This document shows, piece by piece, positions 22,073 to 34,049 of a stretch of 64,000 bases of DNA. The notes beneath the pieces are model-generated. The model was given only the letters and a program-made list of their open reading frames with translations, made no database searches and was not told the DNA's origin. Positions within the stretch are counted from its first letter, which is position 1, and each line of letters begins with the position of its first letter. The stretch comes from Perkinsus chesapeaki ATCC PRA-425 (Eukaryota > Protista > Perkinsozoa). The stretch is from the NCBI GenBank assembly GCA_013115145.1, contig JAAPAO010000004.1, forward strand, positions 62,001 through 126,000, given 5' to 3'. Position numbers and translations under genes: made by a program.

Positions 22073-22534
22073 ATGGGTGGAAGACGTCTCCTACACGGTA
22101 ATTATTTCACACGTTATCTCTTTGGCTCACTCGCGGTCCTCTGGATCGCCGAATATGCTGCCGCCTGCCAATACGGGGTAAGCAGGGAAGGTCTGTTGTA
22201 TCTTGCATGGTCAACCTTCTCTTAGATACCTCGTCATCGCAATCCCAACTGGATGTGGTCTTGGTGGCTTGAGAAGCAGAATCAAATCAAGAACGTAAGT
22301 CTGGTGGTTAAAGCCCCGACAGTCTGATTCTATTTAGGGTGAGATCCCAAAGAACACTCCTGGTTACGCCATGGTTAAATGGAATAATGAGGCTGAAAAG
22401 AGATGGTTGAAGAGCCTCGATGTTGATGCCATTAATGAGGAGTATTATTCATATACCCATTCTCTCTCATTATTGTCTTTAGGTTTGCTCGTCGTCGTGA
22501 GGCCTATTATAAGGGTCACCACGCCGCCCACTAG
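22073..22534 (+). CDS. Small four-exon gene, 109 aa, one TM helix, function unassigned
   Basis: Exons 22073-22177, 22226-22294, 22338-22441 and 22483-22534 have GT-AG introns and consistent phases. Protein: MGGRRLLHGNYFTRYLFGSLAVLWIAEYAAACQYGIPRHRNPNWMWSWWLEKQNQIKNGEIPKNTPGYAMVKWNNEAEKRWLKSLDVDAINEEFARRREAYYKGHHAAH. Confidence 0.8.
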
Positions 22535-22863
22535 TGATGATGCTGCTGCTGTCATACTTTATTCTTATCACAACCGAACGCTAGGGCGTCGGTATCAAGG
22601 GCGAGTATGTTGTTGAGGAGGATATCACTTTTGGATGGTCAATGTTGCGTTTTAGTTGGGGACAGACTTCAACACAAAGCATATCATGCACTGCTAGTTA
22701 CCATGTCGTAGCTGTGATGACCAAACGTTCCTTTTTTTCTGAAGTAGACCATCGCCAAGTGGCTGGCCAATTGCTGCTGCTTGTGCCCGGTTATAATGAC
22801 TTAAACTCCCTCTGAGCTAACAGATGCATTTACCTATTAGTATCGGTATAGTACGTTTTAACG

Positions 22864-25366
22864 ATGGCCGCCAAGTCATCACAGATCCCTTCCCACCAGA
22901 AGGTGTATGTCTATTATGGCTCAGCCAGTGGTCGAGCTGAGGAGGCAGCATTTGACCTGTGGCGTGAACTGAAAGCCTTAAAGTATCATACAGTCCAATT
23001 CAGTGGGCCGCAGGCGTTAGATACCGTCTCATTCGAAGATATCTTCAACGGCAAGGAAAGGAAGACTGTAGCTTAATGATTCATTGTGTCATCATCATTC
23101 TGTTGCTGATGGATTATAGGTTATATTTATAGTCTCCACAACTGGTCAGGGTGACTGCCCTGAGAACATGTCTCGGTTTTGGACGAGGTTGAAGAGTTTA
23201 GTTGCCCGAGCTGGCGCTGGGGGAGCAGCTGATATCAAACATAAACCTGATTGTGCAGTATTTGGTCTGGGAGATAGCAAGTAGTAGTGAGGTCAGCAGC
23301 AAAGTAGTGAGTGGTATTATAACTGACTAGTATAATACAATCTGTAAGCTCGCCATGAGTATCCGCTAGATCATCCGTGTAACCTATCCAACGGAGTCAT
23401 CACCAGATGCTGGGCCCAGAAGTTTCCTTCTTGGTCTAGGAACATTCGTAATTTCCGTTGTCTCCGCCGCGGACACTTTCAGCAATAGGACCACTTCTTG
23501 GTCCTTGAGGAGCCCATTTCAACACTGATCCTTGATAACTCCCCGCTGCCTTCCCCCCATGCCCTCTTGGCCTTGCCCTTTTATAATAATACATTGTATA
23601 ACTATCCGTATCATCTTTTCTCCATTACTTCAGCCTCCTCCTCTTCTTCTAGGTATAAGTACTATAATGTAGTATCAAGACGATTGTATGGTATGTTGAA
23701 GCACATCGGTTGTAATATGTTTGAAAGGCTAGGCTGTGGAGATGACCAGCATGACTTTGGATATGAACAAGAGTTCGATCCGTGGCTGGCGGATCTTTTG
23801 GGAGGTAATAACAGCTAGAGGTGTCAGAGAAATGGTAATTCGCTCGCTCTGCCTCCAGTTGACCCTAACGCTCCCCCGCGGAAGTCTCAACCATTAGAGC
23901 CGACCCTTTATAAAGTACGGTCTTCCAATTCCGAACCTACCGACCATCTAATCGATCGGCACCACAACCACGCTACACTGTTGTGGCGTGAATGCCTGAC
24001 ACCTTCTCGATCTGAGAAGGAGGGCATTCATCTCCTTCACTTTTTCATGCCTGCTGGTAGTGGATGGTCCTATAGGCCTGGTGATGTATGCAAGGTTTGG
24101 CCAGTGGTCGATATTGATCTTGTTAGACCATTTGTTGAGGATACTCTAGGACGATATCTAACCGATACGATTGTTATCGATCCCAGATTCGCATCAGCTG
24201 AGTTGAGATCACGAATGCCGTGTGGTGAGGCCATCACACTGGGCGAGTTGTTCTCCAAATATTTGGATATTACAGCGATTCCGGGAAGATACTTCTTCTC
24301 TGTTATGGCGGAACTATCCAAAGATGCATTGAAGAAGTGTAAAGACGGCGACGCCAAGCTAACCGAGGAGCTGGAGTTGCTTCGAGACAAATTGGTCGAG
24401 TTCGGCTCCCGCACTCCGGATGGGAAGAATAAACGCTTTGAATACTGCGAGGCGGAGCGTATGTCCTATGCCGATGTCCTTTGGGATTTCCGTCAAATTC
24501 AAGTCCCACTGGAAAGGCTACTCGAGCTCATTCCCCCGATAGCCAGTCGTAGCTACTCTCTGGCCAGTTGCCCAGAACTACATGCATTCTGGAATAGTAT
24601 GCCTCTGCATTATCATCCCTCTTTGGAAGGCCTCGAATTCGAACTGTGTGTTGGCCGCGTTACGAGGACTACTCCACTGTTGAGAGTGAAGAATGGTTTG
24701 GCCAGCACTTACCTGACGAAACTTGAAAAAGGGGATGGTGTGAGGATCGAACTTGCGCGGGGCCAAAGCCTCGAAAACAGCGCTGTAGACGCTCCACGGA
24801 CTCCGCTCCTTCTCATGTCCGCTGGAACAGGTGTAGCGCCGATTAGGGCGCTCGTCCAGAAGAGGGCTCTCGAGGCCTGGCAGCAGGCGGAGCATAGGAA
24901 CCTGCTCGGGCGTGTAGATGTTATCCTCGGTCATCGCCATCCTGGGCAAGACTTCCTTTTCGCCGAAGAATGGCAGACGCTTGTGAACGACAATCCAGAC
25001 CTCCTCAGTGTAGTGGTAGCATGGAGCCGGCCAGACGAGCAAGCGACTGTTGACTTAACTAAACGTGATGGCCACAGTTCTACCGGCGGCGGCGGCGGGT
25101 ATTGCTACACCAAGCTTGATGGAGGGGCCGCTTCCTTACCTGAGCATTTGGTGGGTAGGAAGACCTGGATACAAGACGTGTTGAAGCTATGTCTTGATAC
25201 GAGTGTGCTCGATGAGAGAGGAAGGACTAAGCTTATACTAGGAGGAAAAAGCCATCCAATGCCAATGCAGATTTGGCAAACATTATGTGAATTATCACCA
25301 GGTGGTGAAGTACAGCTCAACAGACTTCAAAAAGAAGGCCGTTATTTTACTGACACTTGGGCTTAA
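22864..25366 (+). CDS. NDOR1: NADPH-dependent diflavin oxidoreductase 1 (Tah18), multi-exon
   Basis: Flavodoxin motifs YGSASGRAEEAA, VSTTGQGD, FGLGDS and GCGDDQH..YEQEFDPW; FAD/NADPH motifs RSYSLAS, SAGTGVAPIRAL, AWSR; ends YFTDTWA. Confidence 0.9.
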
Positions 25367-25481
25367 TAGTGTTTACTCATTACACCATTGCATACCTCCC
25401 ACTGATGTTCCTCTATAGTTTCTGACACCTCTAGCTGTTATGTAGTTATCAGTCTCAACACACCACAGTTCCCTTCTTATA

Positions 25482-25704
25482 ATGCCATACGGCATCACCA
25501 TTAAGCAATTCATCGTCAGTACGTCAATGGCCTTCACCAGCCTCCTAATGGGTACACCCTTCTCGGTTAGCTAGAGGTGTCAGCTCCCTATTAGGCTCTA
25601 TAGTGGTGCATGCTATAATGCAACCTTCCCTGCAGCAACCAGATTTTACTGATGAGGTGGAGGCACGGCAAAGAGCTATCAGGAGCGTAGGCATGTTTGT
25701 GTGA
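25482..25704 (+). CDS. BRAWNIN/C12orf73 (DUF4516)-like microprotein, 59 aa, two exons
   Basis: Exons 25482-25551 and 25595-25704 with a 43-nt GT-AG intron. Protein: MPYGITIKQFIVSTSMAFTSLLMGSIVVHAIMQPSLQQPDFTDEVEARQRAIRSVGMFV, matching the MP.G..TM..G..VVH...P.L pattern. Confidence 0.7.
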
Positions 25705-25977
25705 AACTTTCTGAGAGAGTGCCCTGCATTGCTAGGTTCAAGAGGAAGAACTCATGCGGAAAACTGGTGGCTCATCGAAGCCTTCCTCGCGAGACGATGT
25801 TTAATAGTGTTATTAGCACCCCATGGAGTGTTTCTGTCCTTATATGCTATTTTGGGTTCAAACTTTTCAACTAGGAGCGACCGACTACCATCGCTGTTAT
25901 ATTCATGTTGATATGTTATTGTTGAGGTTCCTTTATATTCAATACCCTCCTGGTTAGAGCCTACACTTGATAGTTTA

Positions 25978-27573
25978 ATGTCTTCATCATCATCATCATC
26001 ATTTACACAAGATGTCTTCTCGGAGGACCCAGTCTTTTCCTCTGGTAGTGTCAGAACCGACACCACAGCAAGCGGAGGGTTCCAGTACACAGGAGGTGGA
26101 GGAGGAGCAAAGTATGCTAGGAAGGACTATTGGGATTTAGACCAGATACTTCAGGTCAGTGATTTGGTATATTTGTAAATCAGCATTCTAGAATCGCCGT
26201 TGTTTAGGATGAGCAACTCATCGATTGCCGTCTTATTGATACTGCATATGGACTCGGATGGATGAACACTCGAGCTGCTGAGGTACACTCGTATCAAAGG
26301 AAACGACAAGAAGCGGAGGAAGATGAAAATAATGCAAGCCCTTCAAGAGGAAGTTCGCTTATTTTTCACCGATCAGGGCGTTGCTGGCAATGCCTCTTCC
26401 AGTGGAGCGGAGGGAGATGCTAATCATGTACTTGGCATTGCCAGTGAACTCGTACGTCGTATTCTGCCCTCCTCAGTTACCGGCTGACTGCAAGTTGTCT
26501 TTCCCCTTGTGGATCGCTGAAGGTCTCTACTTGCGGAGATTTGTGGAGGTCATCATCCGTTTCTAGTGATTAAAACCGTTTCTTCATCATTAATGTCATC
26601 AGATTGAAGAAGTACCGGCAATATTTAATAATAAAATGCAAGGTTTGATGACATTAGAGGCTTCGTAAGCGCCTGTAGTGCGAGTCGAAGATTGGTGCTC
26701 CAATTCCCGATTTCTTTAGTGTTATGCGACTTGATCAAAAGAGCTTTTATTACTTCGAAGTTGGTATGAGATTGGCCGCTCTACTTGGGGTAAGTGCTGT
26801 ATCCAACATGCATAATATCATCATAATCATCAACAGTAGACATAGCTTTCTTTTTTATTGCGACTGCCCACAATAAGTGTACATACCCCCTCTCATCATC
26901 TCTGGCATCATCACTGGCATCATCAATGTCTAACCTTCATTATCGGCAATTTTGTCTACATTAATATTACACTGTAAACACATCCACCGCCGCCGCCGGC
27001 CGAGTGTATCTATCGCGAGGGATTTGTCGGAGGCCGTATATTTCTTCCGCGAAACTCCCTCTGCGACTTTCAGTCAGCTTGGGAGTATCCGAGATTGCCA
27101 ATGCTCGCAGTTTAGGGGCATGATATGTCCATATCCCTTCCGGATTTTCTGACACCTCTAGCTTTTGACATTTTTCAGTTGCATACACTAATGGAGAGGT
27201 TGTTGCGAGGCATGTTTGATCGTACTCGAAATATCTTTGATGTCGCCCAAACCCAGATCGTCGGGGCCGACCAAGAAAAAAGGATGCAGGTGAGCTAAAC
27301 ATTCAAACACTTCTAATTCGACACCTCGTTGATAGGTGTTGATGGACTTTATGACTCGAAGCGAGCGAGAGAGTAAAAGAATAAGTTCATTTATATAATT
27401 ACTGTATTTTCGTTTAGTATTCCACCAGGGTGTCATCACAGCTGGCGAATACGACCTCTTCCGGAATGGGTAAGTGTCATCATGACTACCCCTCTATGCA
27501 AAACTTTATCCATTGTAGAGAGCTCTCGAGGGTCCGTCAGTCAGCTGTTCACATTGCTCCTAGGAAGGAATAA
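25978..27573 (+). CDS. PSF3: GINS complex subunit Psf3, multi-exon
   Basis: YWDLDQILQ, LPADCKLSFPLWIAEGL, KSFYYFEVGMRL, MFDRTRNIFDVAQ. Confidence 0.75.
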
Positions 27574-27655
27574 CCATGATAACATAACATTTCATTTAAG
27601 CTCGTTCATTCCTGTGTTGTCAATGGGGATTGCGCCGCTATGAAGCCATTAACGC

Positions 27656-30600
27656 ATGTCGTTATTCCGAGCCCAGGAGTGGTGGTCTTGGACGCTGCAG
27701 CAGCACTCTAGACACGATAGTGCTCCACAGAGCAAGGATGAAGTCGACGGAACCGCAGGGGCGTTAGTTGTTGCAAATATAGACAATGATCCGTCTGGAA
27801 AGGTGAATAGGAATATTCACTGCGCCACAAAATCCATCCATCTCAGATGAAGATCATAGCCGGTAGCCTCTCCGGCATGCTTCGGATGTTCAGTCCTAGA
27901 GGTGGTCCAAGAGGAGGGCATACTGTAGAGGACATGGTCATTGAGACAGACCTTCATCTACCCATACTACAGCTACTTTCTGGACGGTTGAATAATACTT
28001 CAACACCAAACATCTCTAGTTGGCATCCAATCAGGTTCATCGCAGGCACACGTGACAACTTTCTGGCAGTCCTTCATCCCTACTCCCTAGCAGTGTACAT
28101 CAGACTCGAGTATACTTGTTGATCTGTGTGTTCAGTTATGCTATATCACCTGTAAAGTCTACAGAGAGTTCATCAACAACAACGGTCGCGGCCTACTATG
28201 ATCTCCAACAGGTGCCCTCCATCGGTGACTAGTGGGAAATCATCTCCTCTTAAGATACACGTACATAAGTTTGCCCGACCGGCTTATAACATGGTTAGTG
28301 GTACCTTTGGTGCGGATAGAACATCTGCTAGCTCATCAGATGCATTATGTGTATGTTGGTAATGATTCCCACAGGAGTACACGGCAGTGTCAGGTTCAAT
28401 CCCTGGATGGTGTACTTCAGTTTTACATCAATGGGGCATTTGCATTTCATCGTCTCCTACCGCAGACATCCTTTATCATTCCTGGGCCATTATTGTAACC
28501 ATATCTTCCCCCCTCTAAGAGGGAAAGCCCCCCTTGCATCAGGTACCTGCCTTCTACTGATTCATTTATCACCGTCAATTCCGAGATGGTGATGGAGTCC
28601 TATCGGTAAGTTGCGCCTCTGGCAAGTACTCTTTATGTGGCGTACAGGTACTCTTTGATTGCCTCCTCTAGTGATAACGTTGACATCGATCCCACCCTGG
28701 TAGGGTACTCTTTAATTGATACTCGGCATACTGTTCCTTTCAGATGACAGGTAAGAGGCTCACCGCTGAATGGAAGGCCAATCTTGGTGACCACATAACA
28801 TGGCTTGGAGCAGCAAGGCACGAGGGAGGATGAGACGTCCCTCAGTATAACCTCTACAGGTTCACTCCGGGCAAGCCGTCGATTCTAGCACTTGGAGACC
28901 AAACACTCTTCCTTGTCGATGATAAGGTGACCGCCGCCGCCGTCGACAGCTCGTATAGCGTACCGGAAATATGTTAGGGAAGGATGGTATCACAGCGCCG
29001 TATTGACTATCCTTGCACGTGCGCCCATGTCTGCCCGATCCTTGGAGGTATTTCCTTACCTCATCCACAGTCATCTATTACCAGGCGATGAGGGTGAAAC
29101 CCCCGTCCATCAGCTCCTCGTAGGAACACAAACGGGACATCTTCTTGTGTTACGGTAAGCCGTCGTTGAATGAAATAAGCTACACTGTCAGATTGTAGGG
29201 AGAGATCGTTGGCTTGGTGTTGTTTGGTTGACCCTTCACATTCTCCGATTACAAGTATCCATGTGGCTGAGTTTGCCGACACCATGGGGATGATATGTAA
29301 CCCTGCTGCCCCACTCACCAGTCGACACTCGTCTATCTTAGGCACCCTCGATGATGATAGTGTTATCCGAGTGAGCTGCCAAGAATATCCCCCAACAGTC
29401 GGCACGATACCCTCTAGGTCTCCTGCCTCGGCACGGAGCCACCCACAGCAAGCACGATGCTTAATACAGACTCAAGGGACATTGACTATGACAAGATGGT
29501 CACTTCAACAACTGATTTGCTATTAGAGCTCACCACTCCCCTCAGGAAGCTGAGCATCGCCAATTGATGGACACTGTAAGGAAGTTCCATCAAGCTTCAG
29601 AAGACCGAGGAGTAGCTGATGCTGCTGCTGCAGTCAGTGTGCTGCCACACACAGGCGTCGAAGTTGACATCTCCGTGCCATCCAGTATCGACCCCTCTAG
29701 TAGTGTTGACGCATTGGCGTTCCATACTGCTGTTGGAGATACAAGTACAGCTCAAGGGCTTTACATGGTAGGATAGCCATCAGTGGTGGTGATTATTATC
29801 ATTCAATATCAGCATGAAGGACTCCCACAACAGATAACCGTAAATTTCATCGTACACAATACAGACCCAAAGGGTCAGTGCTGCGATCATCATCTTGCCT
29901 GGGTCTGACGATGATGCCTGCCAGGTCGTGTCGCCACCGATGTGACTCTCTCTCTTGAGCCTCTATCGGATGCGATAGTTATTCTGTCATCAAAGACTCA
30001 ATCCCTCGGCAAGGTGTATATGGATTGTGATGCTCCACTATCCAGACTGGTTCAGATTCCACCGACCGCCGAATGTGCTATTCAAATATCAGTTTCCTTT
30101 TATGTGAGCGCTCATGTCCTCTGTTGCTGCCGCCAGGTAAACGTCATTCTCACCTTCCATTTAGGAGGTATGCTCATACGGCATCACCTGCTCCTTATAC
30201 TATCAATCAGACACCTTACGTTACACCACGAAGGCCTTCGATCTTCCTCTATTCTTCATAGCCCGACCAATCCCTCCAACAAAGGATGCCAAGTGTTGCC
30301 TTGCCCTCTTGCTCAACTTATCAGCAGTCCCTCGATCAGCTTTAAGGTTGCCGTAACATCCTCTGCTGTACCCTCCTCACTCGGGGCCATCTTTCATGAC
30401 TTCCTCGAAGCCTCCTCGGTATCCTAGTCATGCTCCACTACCCGCTGTTTATCGACCAGTCTTCAGGCTGCTGCTGCCGACTCCACCTGCCAACTTACGC
30501 CAGACCTTGTTCGCAACGTCCTTTCCTTACACTTGACGTGTGGTAAGGACGTTACAATACTGCAGTCTAAGTCCAGCAATCGTTTTCGCGTCCAATCGAT

Positions 30601-31469
30601 GGAGTTTGGCCCCCTCTGGGTTGGTCTTGCCGAGCTTGAGAAACGGTGTCAACTTCATTTCGGGGGGGATGCATTCAAACTGACCTATTTGGTGCGGCTT
30701 TCTCCCCTCCGATTTGGCAATGACTGTCGGCATTCCTTCAGGACTCTATACCATTGCAAGACTACTTCGCTGTTATGGATGATCATTTCTCTGTGCGTCG
30801 ACATTTACAGGTAGAGTGAATGGGCATCATCGTCTTCATCATCCATGCATCACTAGCAACAAACCTGTTCAGATGCTTCGAATGTCTGTTGATAAGAAAT
30901 CAAGGCAGTACAGGGAAACACAAAAGCAGCTATTGGTGAGGTTGAGAGATAAGCAGCTATCCGAGCTCAATGGTTTGGATGAATTATTGGAGGTTAGAAT
31001 GCCGTGCCCCGGGATAGAACCTGCGGCTTCTGCTGCCTGCTTCAGGCAACTTATGGAGGCCTTATAGACACCTTGGACGAAATCGAGGACGCTCGAATGG
31101 CGCTAAGGGTTATCGGCGGAGACTTGGCCGCTGCCACGGAACTGATACTCGGACTGATGAAGTGGAGGTGACCAAGCCTTTCGACTCCTGAAATTTAATA
31201 AGCGATCTATTCGCAGATTTGATATGAATGATGAAGATTACCAACACCTACGACAGGTGATGTCGTCAGATGGACTACTCATTGCCTCGGATGCACCGAC
31301 CACCGATTTTGACATATCATCGGAGGTTTGCTCAAATGCTTGTTACAATTACAGCAATATATGTTTTCAGACCGAAAACGATGACCTCATGCATCCAACG
31401 CAGGGCTGGCATGAAAGAACAGAGTCCAGCATTGCTAAGGTTACCAAAAGCTTAGTCAATATGAAATGA
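27656..31469 (+). CDS. BBS9: Bardet-Biedl syndrome 9 (PTHB1), multi-exon
   Basis: MSLFRAQEWW, VANIDNDPSG, KIIAGSLSGMLRMFSP, VQSLDGVLQFY, LLIDTR; C-terminal QGWHE. Confidence 0.88.
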
Positions 31470-31688
31470 ATACTATCTCCCAAGTTACTCAAGACCGCTG
31501 GCTTCACCAAATCAGGCAAAACCGAAACGATGATTCTACCGCAGTGCCGCATTGCTGAGGACACAGGTGGGCATGCCAATAGGTTACTCAACACTCAAGT
31601 TGCTCAGAACTTTTAAAGAAGCTCATGACTCGACTGATAGACCGCCTTGCTAATGGCGCCAGGCCGGCTCCAGCATCAGCTGTCGTTG

Positions 31689-32311
31689 CTCAAAGGGAGT
31701 AACTTCCGCATGGTATTCTGCAGTGTTATCATGGTTTCCTTTTACTCCATTTCTTGCATTGCTCTGGTAAACATTGTAGCATTGAATTCATGGATTACAC
31801 AGATGACAGTATAGGCCACTTCTCTTTTGGAGATGTTGGGTTCCTCGACCCATCAGTCTCCCATACTAATGATATCCTTGCTTGGGTTAAACATGTACGA
31901 GGTCTAACGGTGAATCCTTCACAGCAGTATGTCAGTTACGGTATGAAAACCCTGCTGGAGGAGACATCAATTTCAACAAGTACCCTCATTATTATCATTA
32001 TTGTAACCTTCGCCGTGACAGATATAATCTATGTTGGGGACATCCGTGTCTAACCGATCCTACCGTTGGAGCAAGCCTTGACATGGAATGGATGAGACGC
32101 GGTGGCAACCTGCCTGGCAACATCTTCCGACTCCTTCGTAGGTGTGCCCATTGGACCTCCTTTCCACTTCAAGCCATCACCTCCAAAAGCCCCCGAGATG
32201 CCGTCCATTGGGCCGTACGAACACATAATTAATAAGCCTCTTCAAGAGTACGTGGCAACGTTATCACTTGTAGTCAACGATTTAGGTATACTGTACACCC
32301 CTTTGATGTGA
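31689..32311 (+). CDS. Hypothetical multi-exon protein
   Basis: Exon-like ORF pieces (DYTDDSIGHFSFGDVGF..., GVPIGPPFHFKPSPP...YTPLM*) separated by GT-AG segments. Confidence 0.35.
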
Positions 32312-32399
32312 CCGAACAAAAAATAATGGGAGGGCCGATGTGCCTTTCAAAAGGTCTTATAGTGAATCCTCCCATCAAACAACAAGTTGTTAAGGCCAC

Positions 32400-33780
32400 T
32401 ATGTGGCTTCTAACGACGATAGTTTGTGCACCATGGAAAGCAAAGTCTTCGACTAGTCGTCGTTTTCTTTGATTGGTCGTATGTTGTGTTTCTATAGTAA
32501 TCGCGTAGTAGTTGTAGAAGAGCTAACGCAACGCCTAGAGTTGACGGAAAGGTTAGTTAGAAAGCATGATACGATACTCCTCATTGTTAACCTTAAAAGC
32601 TTCTTCATGATCTTTTTCATACATGTCAATCGCTGCCAAGATTTCCTGAGGATAGCATCCCGGGTGAAATCATATTGTAACGCCGACTTTGTCAATCTGT
32701 TTAATTTCATCATCTTCGATCAGGCCATCTTCTGAAAGGCCACGTTTGCAAATAAGGTACTCTCTCTCAGCGATAAGCTTCAGAATCGGCAGCCTGTTTA
32801 TTAATCGTCCGGCCTGAGAAGACATCCTGATTGAGGTATATGACGGTCTAGGCACTTCTCTGGTGTAAACATCCGTGATATCCTCGCCTTCCAAAGCGGC
32901 ATGCTCAATTGCGCTTAAAACCTGACACCATTAGTCTTGAGATGAGGAATACCTCGGCTGGCTGAGAATATGACCCTGAGTAGATCCTCCCGAGAGGGTT
33001 GGCATGCCTCTGCAGCCCACAGCTCGTGAGTGGTTTCTATCGCACTACGGAGCTCTACAGCGTCTTTGACTGCAACATTGTTGCTAGGCGGCAACCTTCG
33101 TGATACATTCTTTATCTAACTAATATAATACTGCCTCATTGGCAAGAGGCCAAACATACCCCACCGTCTGGCGGCGTCTGCTGAAGAGCTAGAATCTTAA
33201 GATGCCGAATCTAAAGGCAATGATCTCATCGAAGCTCAGGATCTAACGCTACCTGATGGAGCAGACGTTTCCGCTCTTGGTCCCATGCTTCGTTGGCTTC
33301 AGCTGATTTATCCAGCTGAGACTCGCAAAATTGGACGAACCTGTCGATCAAAGTTATGCTCAAACTCCACTGGGACCGCAGAAGCTTGTCTTGCCTGTTT
33401 TCCAAGTCTTCAGAGGCCTCGCCCATTTTATCTTCGACAGACTTGCGTAGCCCCTTCACGAACTAGGAAGGCATTAATCCGAAACTCCGAAACGCTCAAT
33501 ACAGAAGCGGTCTTGCGAATAGTACATCATCGACCTTATGCTGCGCAGTTTTTCGCATATCTGCAAGGTTAGCTAGCAAGTCATCGCGCTCAGAGAGCAA
33601 GTCAGTGAGCTGCTCTTGTAAGAGGCATACCTCGGACGACTGAGTAGCAACGGCAAATTGTCGACAAGAAAATCGCGCATTGGGGTGGCAAAAGGTATAT
33701 TAAGAGACTCACAAAGATTTCTTGCAATTCGTTGGCCGTTGCCTCCATCTCGCACTGGTGGTGAGCCTCCATTTCTTGCC
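32400..33780 (-). CDS. Hypothetical coiled-coil protein, multi-exon
   Basis: Exon-like ORFs rich in E/K/R/L (33226-33459, 32670-32894) separated by short introns. Boundaries approximate. Confidence 0.4.
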
Positions 33781-33864
33781 GAAGATTCTGAGGAAGAACA
33801 TAACTCGGGAAGATGACGTTGAGAGCCACCGCAACGTATGTTAATCTGAGTGATAGTAAGCAGA

Positions 33865-33937
33865 GCCCAGATAGCTCAGTTGGGAGAGCGCCAGACTGAA
33901 GATCTGGAGGTCCTCAGTTCGATCCTGGGTCTGGGCA
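33865..33937 (+). tRNA. tRNA-Phe(GAA)
   Basis: GCCCAGA/TCTGGGC acceptor stem, D arm GCTC..GAGC, anticodon arm CCAGA CTGAAGA TCTGG, TTCGATC T-loop, followed by TTT. Confidence 0.97.
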
Positions 33938-34049
33938 TTTATGTTGCTCGCCAAATTACCTATACAGTATGCGAGTTTCGGCTACAGCCTATTGCGTTAA
34001 CGGCACGGCGGAGCAGAACCGAGGTTCGCCGGTGACGCGCGCATCTTTA

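Noticed and set aside
23816-23818. In-frame TAG inside NDOR1 suggesting stop-codon readthrough
   Set aside because: It lies within a 54-nt GT-AG intron (23805-23858) whose removal keeps the frame.
30998-31030. tRNA-like reverse T-arm (gccgtgccccgggatagaacc)
   Set aside because: No cloverleaf, the T-loop is non-canonical, and it lies within the BBS9 gene.
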